Assembly (NCBI GenBank): GCA_964247695.1
Contig: CAXTVI010000020.1
Location: 8,868 to 72,867, forward strand
Length of the DNA: 64,000 nt
Direction: 5' to 3'
Source of the DNA: an uncultured Acetobacteraceae bacterium
GTDB lineage: Bacteria; Pseudomonadota; Alphaproteobacteria; Acetobacterales; Acetobacteraceae
The stretch's first letter is position 1. Every line of letters begins with the position of its first letter. Below, piece by piece: positions 37,211-44,358 of this stretch. Below the pieces are notes generated by a model. The model worked only from the letters and a program-made list of their open reading frames with translations, made no database searches and was not told the DNA's origin. A program made the translations under genes and the position numbers.

Positions 37211-37247
37211 GCCGCCCGGATCATGCGGGCCGCATGATCCGGGCGGC
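37211..37247. terminator. 17-bp perfect inverted repeat between convergent genes (bidirectional hairpin)
   Basis: GCCGCCCGGATCATGCG-ggc-CGCATGATCCGGGCGGC. It lies between the GT4 stop (37193) and the stop of the minus-strand gene (37259). There is no U-tract on either side. Confidence 0.5.
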
Positions 37248-37258
37248 TGCATCTAAGA

Positions 37259-37726
37259 TTACTCCGAGAGCTTGAGCTGGATGCCCTGGGCGGCGCCGGA
37301 GAGACGGGCGCCCTTGCTGACGTCGTCGATGCGGATCTCGACGCCGTTGCCGTTCTTCAGGACGCGGCCGCCGATGCCGTTGCCGAGCGTCGCCTCGCCG
37401 TCGGCGGCGGCGTAGGTCCCGTCGAAATCATGCAGATGGCGCAGGTGATAGACGCGGCCGTGCCCGGTCACGCTCGAATAGCCGACCGCCGCCACGTCCA
37501 CGCCCTTGACGCTGAAATGGTAGTCGCGGCCGTGGAAGCGCAGCACGCCGTCGCCCCAGGTATAGCCGATGCCGACATCGGCGGCCTTCGCGGTGATGGT
37601 CACGTGGCCGGCAACCGGGCCTGACGCGCCGGGATCACGCGCAGCCAAGGCCGGCCCGGCGAGGACAGGCGCCGCGAGGACTGGCAGGGAGAGAGCGAGA
37701 CCGGCAGCAAGAGCGGCGAACCGCAT
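37259..37726 (-). CDS. Small secreted protein of unknown function (Gly-rich, beta-strand-like)
   Basis: MRFAALAAGLALSLPVLAAPVLAGPALA signal peptide, GGAAAGGA SD before ATG 37726, then ..VGIGYTWGDGVLRFHGRDYHFSVKGVDVAAVGYS.. Confidence 0.5.
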   Translation of the reverse strand: MRFAALAAGLALSLPVLAAPVLAGPALAARDPGASGPVAGHVTITAKAADVGIGYTWGDGVLRFHGRDYHFSVKGVDVAAVGYSSVTGHGRVYHLRHLHDFDGTYAAADGEATLGNGIGGRVLKNGNGVEIRIDDVSKGARLSGAAQGIQLKLSE

Positions 37727-37991
37727 GGGTGGATCCTTTCCTGGCATGGAGACGCGGCACCAGCTTGTGATGCGCTCACTCTATAACATCGCTCGAGAAC
37801 CAGCCTGGTTGCAGGACGGCCGCGGGGCCATGGCGGCCCCATCCGCCGGTCATGCCAGGACCGCCGCCAATTGCTGGGGAGCAATGCGGGGCGTGGGAGC
37901 GCTGAGATGGGCAGTTTGCGACGCTACCGTGCTCCGCATCCCGCTTGCGCGGAACACGTGGCACGAGGTTCAGGACAGAGGCAGGCTCGGA

Positions 37992-38381
37992 TCAGCCGGC
38001 GCGGCGGGATCCATGCTCTGCGGCGTGGCCACCCTTGCGAGCGACGCTTGAGGCCTCGGTCATAATCGAGCGCAGTTCGCGCAGGTAGGCCGCGCCCTTG
38101 AGGGTGCGCTGCACCAGGATGGAACGGCGATCCATCGGGTCCACCTTGCGGCGGGCGAGGTCGAGTTCACCGAGACGGTCGAGGGCGCGTGTGATCGCCG
38201 GCTTCGAGACGTTCAGCTCTGCGGCAAGACCGCGGACCGTGTGCGCGCCCTCCTGAAGATAGCAGGTCAGGAACACACCAAGCTGACGGGCCGACAAGTC
38301 CGGACCGTCGCGACGGACCATGGACACGACTGTATCACGCAGAGTCCCAACAAGCTGATCTGACGATGAGGGTTGCGGCAC
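37992..38381 (-). CDS. MarR-family transcriptional regulator
   Basis: LSARQLGVFLTCY..HTVRGLAAELNVSKPAITRALDRLGELDLARRKVDPMDRRSILV (wHTH). GTG start at 38381. Confidence 0.8.
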   Translation of the reverse strand: MPQPSSSDQLVGTLRDTVVSMVRRDGPDLSARQLGVFLTCYLQEGAHTVRGLAAELNVSKPAITRALDRLGELDLARRKVDPMDRRSILVQRTLKGAAYLRELRSIMTEASSVARKGGHAAEHGSRRAG

Positions 38382-38559
38382 CTTTTAATCCTTTCTTCAA
38401 CGACACGACCGATAATCCGGTGGGTCTGACTGCATTCGAAGCGAGGGCAGGCCGCAACGGCGCCCGTACCCAAAAGCGTTAACAAGATCGTAACAGCTAC
38501 CTTTATAGACACGGAAATTGATTTGGTTCAGTCCCGATTACGTTACCAAGCCAATTCGG

Positions 38560-39990
38560 TTACCCCTGCAGGTTAAGAATCCGCAACAAACCCCTGTAAC
38601 AGGCCCGGAGTCCCTGAGCGTCGGCCCCTTCCGGATGCCCCGGTGCCGCCGAGTCGCGCCAGGCATATGTGTCGAGATGGGCCCAGCGGACAGATTTTTT
38701 GACGAATCGTTGCAGAAACAGCGCCGCCGTGACTGCACCAGCCATCGGCTTCGGTGAAACATTATTCAGGTGTGCGACGGGGCTGCTGAGCCAGGAATCG
38801 TACGCCGCATGCAGCGGCAGCCGCCAGAGGGGGTCGTGCGTGGCGAGGCCGCCCTGCAGGAGTGCTGCCGCCAGCGCGTCATCATTGCTGAACAGGGCCG
38901 GCAGGTCGGGCCCGAGTGCCACCCTCGCCGCCCCGGTCAGCGTCGCGGCGTCGATCAGGAGCGCAGGGGACGCGTCGCAGGCTTCCGCAAGCAGGTCGGC
39001 CAGCACGAGGCGCCCTTCGGCGTCGGTGTTGCCGATCTCCACGTTGAGGCCGGCGCGGGTCGCGATCACGTCGGACGGGCGCATGGCGTCGCCGGAGACG
39101 CTGTTCTCGACGCAGCCCAGGCGCAATTGCAGCCGCACCGGCAGGTCGCGCTCCATGATCAGGCGCGCGAGGCCGAGCATGATCGCAGCTCCGCCCATGT
39201 CCTTCTTCATGCGCAGCATCGCGGCCGACGGCTTCAGGTCCAACCCGCCGGTGTCGAAGCAGACGCCCTTGCCGACCAGCGAGACCAGTGGCGCGCCTGC
39301 GTCGGCCGCCGATCCCTGCCAGTCGGCGCGCATGACACAAGGAGCACGGCTCGACCCGCGCCCGACCGCATGGATGGCCGGGTAGCCGCATTCGAGCGCC
39401 GCCGCCGACACGATCCCGGTCGCGGCGCCGAAGCGTGCGGCCACCTCGCACGCCGCCTCCGCCAGCGACATTGGGCCGAGCCGGTTCGCCGGCATGTTGA
39501 CCAGGTCGCGCGCCAGCCAGACCGCCCGGGCCTGCGCCGCACCTGCCTCGCCCTGCCCCGGCCGTATCGCGAGGCGCGCCGCCGGACGCGGGTCGGGATC
39601 ACGGAAGTCGCCGAACCTGTAGGCGCCGAGACAGTAGCCGAGCACAGCCACATCGGCATCGGATGGTTCCGGTCCGGCCAGGTGCCAGTCGCCGGTCGGC
39701 AGCGTGCGCGGCAGGCCGGCATACACCTCCGGACCCGGCGCTTCCGGTCCGTTGCCGAGTCCGAGCAGGGCGGCGCCGACGCCCGCCTCGCCGGGCAGCA
39801 GCGCGATCTCGCCGACGCTGGCGGTGAAGCCGGTCTGCTCGAGCCAGCCGGCCAGCGATCCGGGGAAACCATTGCCCTGCGCGAAGGCCTGGACGAGGTC
39901 GGGCAGCGACTCGGGCCGCACGACATGCACCGGACGCGCACTTCCGGCGCCCTCTGCTTCGGCAAGACAATCGAGCGGGCGGTCGAACAT
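38560..39990 (-). CDS. M17-family leucyl aminopeptidase-like protein
   Basis: LVGKGVCFDTGGLDLKPS..MKKDMGGAA..NTDAEGRLVLADLL. ATG at 39990. This is the C-terminal 476 codons of track ORF 38560..41727(-). Confidence 0.9.
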   Translation of the reverse strand: MFDRPLDCLAEAEGAGSARPVHVVRPESLPDLVQAFAQGNGFPGSLAGWLEQTGFTASVGEIALLPGEAGVGAALLGLGNGPEAPGPEVYAGLPRTLPTGDWHLAGPEPSDADVAVLGYCLGAYRFGDFRDPDPRPAARLAIRPGQGEAGAAQARAVWLARDLVNMPANRLGPMSLAEAACEVAARFGAATGIVSAAALECGYPAIHAVGRGSSRAPCVMRADWQGSAADAGAPLVSLVGKGVCFDTGGLDLKPSAAMLRMKKDMGGAAIMLGLARLIMERDLPVRLQLRLGCVENSVSGDAMRPSDVIATRAGLNVEIGNTDAEGRLVLADLLAEACDASPALLIDAATLTGAARVALGPDLPALFSNDDALAAALLQGGLATHDPLWRLPLHAAYDSWLSSPVAHLNNVSPKPMAGAVTAALFLQRFVKKSVRWAHLDTYAWRDSAAPGHPEGADAQGLRACYRGLLRILNLQG

Positions 39991-40134
39991 CGGGTCATCC
40001 TTCACAGTCTCTGGCGCATTATCTGGTGCAGTATCTGTCAGTCTTCGGCCGTGCGGCGGGCGCGGCGCGGCCGACAGCGTCATGCAGCCAACCGATGCTT
40101 GCAATCCGCAGGCGCCGACCCGACCATCAGGAGC

Positions 40135-42759
40135 ATGCCGGGCGTATCCCTCTGGGCGCGCAGCCCCCACCCGTCCGCCACCGGGCGGCGGTCGCAAGCC
40201 GGAACGGATGACCCGGGCCGGCGGCACCGCGTCCGTGCGGTGCTCGGGCCCACCAACACCGGCAAGACCCATCTCGCCATGGAGCGGCTGCTCGCGCACG
40301 GCTCCGGCATCATCGGGTTTCCGCTGCGCCTGCTGGCGCGCGAGAACTACGACCGCATGGTGGCCGCCAAGGGCGAGCGCAACGTGGCGCTGATCACCGG
40401 CGAGGAGAAGATCGTGCCGCCCGGGGCGCGCTACTTCTCCTGCACGGTCGAGGCGATGCCGCTGGACCGCGCCGCCGAGTTTGTTGCCGTCGACGAGATC
40501 CAGCTCTGCGCCGACGCCGACCGCGGCCATGTCTTCACCGAGCGCCTGCTGCATGCCCGCGGGCTGGTCGAGACCATGTTCCTCGGCGCCGAGACCATCC
40601 GCCCGCTGCTGGCGCGGCTGATCCCGGACGCGGAGATCGAGACCCGGCCAAGGTTGTCGCAGCTCACCTATACAGGTGCTGCCAAGCTCACCAAGCTGCC
40701 GCCGCGCTCCGCCGTCGTCGCCTTTTCGGCCGCCGAGGTCTATGCGATCGCCGAACTGATACGCCGCCGCAGGGGCGGCTGCGCGGTGGTGATGGGAAGG
40801 CTGTCGCCGCGCACGCGCAATGCCCAGGTGGCGCTGTACCAGGACAAGGAGGTCGACTACCTGGTCGCCACCGACGCGATCGGCATGGGGCTGAACATGG
40901 ACGTGAACCATGTGGCATTCGCCGGGCTGTCCAAGTTCGACGGCTCGCGGCCGCGCCGGCTTGCCGCCGCCGAGGTGGCGCAGATCGCCGGTCGCGCCGG
41001 ACGCGGCATGCGCGACGGCAGCTTCGGCACCACCGCCACCTGTCCGGACCTGTCCGAGGACGTGGTGGCGGCGGTCGAGGCGCATCGCTTCGATCCGCTC
41101 GAGCAGATCTTCTGGCGCAACAGCGATCTGGACTTCGCCAGCCCCGACCTGCTGCTGGCCAGCCTGCAGGTGCCTCCGCCGCGTCGCGGTCTCATCGCCG
41201 GCAACGAGGCGGTCGACCTGCAGACGCTGGATGCCCTGACCCGCGACGACGAGATACGCCGTCTGGCCTGCAGCCGCAGCGCCACCCGCCTGCTCTGGGA
41301 GGCCTGCCAGATCCCGGACTTCCGCAAGCTCGGCGACGACAGCCACACCAGGCTGTGCGCGCGCGTGTTCAGCAGCGTCATGCAGTCCGGGCGACTTCCC
41401 ACGGACTGGCTGGCGGCGCAGATCACCTCGCTCTCGCGCAGCGACGGCGACATCGATACGCTGATGCAGCGCCTGTCCGGCGTGCGCGTGTGTTCGTACA
41501 TCGCCGCGCGGCGGGACTGGCTCGACGACGCACCGTACTGGCAGGGCAAGGCACGCGAGGTCGAGGACCTGCTGTCTGACGCGCTGCACGAGCGTCTGAC
41601 CGCGCGCTTCGTCGACCGCCGCGCGGCGCTGCTGTTCCGCCGGCTCGACGAGGCGGAAGGCCAGGACATGCTGTCCGCCGTCACCACACAGGGCGAGGTG
41701 GTCGTCGAGGGGCACTCGGTCGGCCATGTCGCGGGCTTCGGCTTCCAGCCCGACCCGCTGGCGGAGGGTCCCGAGAAGCGGCTGGTGCTGCGCGCCGCAC
41801 GCCGGGCGCTGCGCGAGGAGATGCCGCGCCGGGTGCAGGCGCTGGTGGCGGCTGCCGATGCCGCCTTTTCCATCTCCGGAGATGCGCGGCGCCTTTTATG
41901 GACCGCGATGCCCGGCCACGCGGCGCCGGTGGCGCGCCTGCGCGCGGGCGCAGGCCTGCTGCGCCCGATGGTCGAGGTGCTGGACAGCGAATTTCTCGAC
42001 GGCTCGCAGCGCGAGCGGGTGCGCGGCCGCCTGCAGACGTGGCTGCACGGGCAGGTCGCGACCGTGCTGGCGCCGCTGTTCGAGGCGCAGGCGCGGGCAC
42101 AGGCCGATCCACTGCTGCGCGGTGTGCTGCACCGTCTCGTCGAGGAAGGCGGCCTGGTCGCGGGCATGGCCGCGCCGCCGGTGTCGCCGCTGCTGCGCCG
42201 GCGTCTCAAGCCGCTCGGTATCCGCTCCGGGCGCCTCGCCTTGTTCATGCCGGTGCTGCTCAAGCCGCGCCAGGCGCAACTGCGCGCCGTCCTGCTGGCG
42301 GTGCGCGCCGGCATCGGCCTGCCGAGGCTGCCGGCGGCGGGTGCGGTCAGCATCCCGCGCGACGGCGCGACCGACGTGGCGCAGGCCTCGCTGATGGCAG
42401 CGATGGGTTGGGTGGCGGCCGGCCCGGTCTGGCTGCGGCTCGACATCGCCGAGCGGGTGATGGCGGAGGTGGCGTGGCTGACCCGCGACCGGCCCGCGGC
42501 GCTGCCGTCGGACCTGGCGTCACGCCTGTCGGTGCGGGCGGACCTGCTGCCCGCCGTGCTGCGTGGGCTCGAGGTCAGGCTGCGGCCGGCTGCTCCGCTG
42601 CCCGATGGTCATGCCGGACCGCCCTGCCCGCCTCTGATGAGCATCGCGCGTCGCCGCGATCCTCAGCCACCGGCACCGACGGCCGTTCCAGAAGCGCCTG
42701 GCCGCACGCGACAGGACAGCCCGTTCGCGGCCCTCGCCGCCCTTCGGGTCCGCCGTTGA
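40135..42759 (+). CDS. SUV3-like / helicase-related ATP-dependent helicase
   Basis: AVLGPTNTGKTHLAMERLL..GFPLRLLARENYDR..VDEIQL..VVMGRLSPRTRNAQVALY..ATDAIGMGLN..QIAGRAGR. The start is uncertain: ATG 40135, or the GTG in ..RAVLGPT. Confidence 0.8.
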   Translation: MPGVSLWARSPHPSATGRRSQAGTDDPGRRHRVRAVLGPTNTGKTHLAMERLLAHGSGIIGFPLRLLARENYDRMVAAKGERNVALITGEEKIVPPGARYFSCTVEAMPLDRAAEFVAVDEIQLCADADRGHVFTERLLHARGLVETMFLGAETIRPLLARLIPDAEIETRPRLSQLTYTGAAKLTKLPPRSAVVAFSAAEVYAIAELIRRRRGGCAVVMGRLSPRTRNAQVALYQDKEVDYLVATDAIGMGLNMDVNHVAFAGLSKFDGSRPRRLAAAEVAQIAGRAGRGMRDGSFGTTATCPDLSEDVVAAVEAHRFDPLEQIFWRNSDLDFASPDLLLASLQVPPPRRGLIAGNEAVDLQTLDALTRDDEIRRLACSRSATRLLWEACQIPDFRKLGDDSHTRLCARVFSSVMQSGRLPTDWLAAQITSLSRSDGDIDTLMQRLSGVRVCSYIAARRDWLDDAPYWQGKAREVEDLLSDALHERLTARFVDRRAALLFRRLDEAEGQDMLSAVTTQGEVVVEGHSVGHVAGFGFQPDPLAEGPEKRLVLRAARRALREEMPRRVQALVAAADAAFSISGDARRLLWTAMPGHAAPVARLRAGAGLLRPMVEVLDSEFLDGSQRERVRGRLQTWLHGQVATVLAPLFEAQARAQADPLLRGVLHRLVEEGGLVAGMAAPPVSPLLRRRLKPLGIRSGRLALFMPVLLKPRQAQLRAVLLAVRAGIGLPRLPAAGAVSIPRDGATDVAQASLMAAMGWVAAGPVWLRLDIAERVMAEVAWLTRDRPAALPSDLASRLSVRADLLPAVLRGLEVRLRPAAPLPDGHAGPPCPPLMSIARRRDPQPPAPTAVPEAPGRTRQDSPFAALAALRVRR

Positions 42760-43076
42760 GCGGGCCGCCGGGGTGCATTCCCGGGCAGCCGGAGCAGGAA
42801 GACCGCAGCTGGCAGCGTCTCGACAAATGGCTGTGGTGCGCGCGTTTCCTCAAGGCGCGGTCGGACTGCGCCCGGCTGGTGCAGGGCGGCCTGATCCGGG
42901 TCAACCGCCAGCCGACCGACAAGCCGCATGCGCGGCTGCGGCCGGGCGACGTGGTGACCCTGCCGCGACGGGACCACGGTGTGACCGTGCTGCGCATCCT
43001 CGCACTCGCGAAACGCCGCGGGCCGGCGGTGGAGGCCCGTACTCTATATGAGGAGATACCCGAGCCGGGCTCCTGA
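42756..43076 (+). CDS. S4-domain RNA-binding protein (Hsp15-like)
   Basis: QRLDKWLWCARFLKARSDCARLVQGGLIRVNRQPTDKPHARLRPGDVVTL. The only in-frame start is TTG 42756, which overlaps the helicase TGA (TTGA). Confidence 0.7.
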   Translation: MSGPPGCIPGQPEQEDRSWQRLDKWLWCARFLKARSDCARLVQGGLIRVNRQPTDKPHARLRPGDVVTLPRRDHGVTVLRILALAKRRGPAVEARTLYEEIPEPGS

Positions 43077-43184
43077 CTCCATGCCAGCGGGCCGCTTGCG
43101 CTTGTGCCTAAAGGTCCGCATATCTCTGCGCCCGTCGCGTCCCGGCCACAGGACGGCTTGGACCATTACAGTCTGGAGATGGTG

Positions 43185-43523
43185 ATGACCTACGTGGTCA
43201 CCGAGAACTGCATCCGCTGCAAATACATGGACTGCATCGAGGTATGTCCTGTCGACTGCTTCTATGTCGGCGACAACATGCTTGTCATAAATCCGGACGA
43301 ATGCATCGATTGCGGCGTCTGCGAGCCGGAATGCCCGGCCGAGGCGATCTTCCCGGACAGCGACGACCGCGCCGGCGCCTGGGCGGAGAAGAACACCGAG
43401 TTCTCCAAGACCTGGCCGAACATCACCCGCAAGGGCACTCCGCCGGCCGATGCCGACGAGTGGAAGGACAAGCCGAACAAGGCCGAGCTGTTCTCCCCCG
43501 AGCCGGGCGTGTCGTCCGGCTGA
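43185..43523 (+). CDS. fdxA: 7Fe ferredoxin ([3Fe-4S][4Fe-4S], Azotobacter type)
   Basis: [61 protein letters not shown] lies 6 nt upstream. Confidence 0.92.
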   Translation: MTYVVTENCIRCKYMDCIEVCPVDCFYVGDNMLVINPDECIDCGVCEPECPAEAIFPDSDDRAGAWAEKNTEFSKTWPNITRKGTPPADADEWKDKPNKAELFSPEPGVSSG

Positions 43524-43536
43524 TGCCCGTCGCCTG

Positions 43537-43550
43537 ACGCAAACGTTTGC
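43537..43550. promoter_or_regulatory. LacI/PurR-type palindromic operator candidate
   Basis: ACGCAAACGTTTGC contains the perfect 12-bp palindrome GCAAACGTTTGC (43539-43550). It lies 14 nt after the fdxA stop and 136 nt before actA. Confidence 0.25.
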
Positions 43551-43685
43551 CCGGAGGCCCTGGCAGCCGGCGCGGCGGCCAAGCATAACGGCATGGCAAT
43601 GTCGGATGTGAGGCGGGTATGGGCATGACAGGTTCCGGGAAGGCACATCCGGCACAGAAGCGGCCCTGACCGGCAGGCGCCGTCC

Positions 43686-44345
43686 ATGCGCCAACTGTTC
43701 GCGCCCGGTGCCGATGCCTGGCTGCGGCTGGTGCTGCTCTCGGTGCTGCTCCTCGCCGGCGGCTCGGTGCTCGTGCTGGAGATGCTGCAGCACTCGTCCT
43801 ACGTCTCGCGCGTCGGCATCGCGCCGGAGCAGCCGGTGCCGTTCAGCCACAAGCACCATGTCGGCGAGCTCGGACTGGATTGCCGGTATTGCCACACCAC
43901 CGTCGAGGTCAGCGCCACCGCCGGGCTGCCGCCGACCCATACCTGCATGACCTGCCACTCGCAGCTCTGGACGGGAGCGGCGATGCTGGCTCCGGTGCGC
44001 GACAGCCTGGCCCGGGATCAGCCGCTGGCCTGGACCCGGGTGCATCGGCTGCCGGACTACGTCTATTTCAATCACAGCATCCATGTCGCCAAGGGCATCG
44101 GCTGCTCGTCGTGCCACGGTGCGATCGACCAGATGCAGCTCACCGCGCGGGCGCAGAACCTCACCATGCAGTTCTGCCTCGACTGCCACCGCAACCCGGC
44201 ACCGCGGCTGCGCACATCCGACCAGGTCTGGAACAGCGAATGGACGCCGCCCGCGGACCAGGCGTCGCGCGGCAAGGCCCTGCTCGCGCAGTACCACATC
44301 CGCAGCGGAGCCCAGCTCTCCGACTGCTCGATCTGTCATCGCTGA
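43686..44345 (+). CDS. actA: Alternative Complex III subunit ActA (pentahaem cytochrome c)
   Basis: An N-terminal TM segment, then five CxxCH motifs: CRYCH, CMTCH, CSSCH, CLDCH, CSICH. Confidence 0.9.
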   Translation: MRQLFAPGADAWLRLVLLSVLLLAGGSVLVLEMLQHSSYVSRVGIAPEQPVPFSHKHHVGELGLDCRYCHTTVEVSATAGLPPTHTCMTCHSQLWTGAAMLAPVRDSLARDQPLAWTRVHRLPDYVYFNHSIHVAKGIGCSSCHGAIDQMQLTARAQNLTMQFCLDCHRNPAPRLRTSDQVWNSEWTPPADQASRGKALLAQYHIRSGAQLSDCSICHR

Positions 44346-44358
44346 TGGCGACACGCGG

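Noticed and set aside
38560-42759. Two mutually overlapping giant ORFs (38560..41727-, 1055 aa; 38770..42759+, 1329 aa).
   Set aside because: Each is a real gene extended by GC-driven open frame: M17 aminopeptidase from ATG 39990, and the helicase from about 40135. The motif-bearing parts do not overlap.
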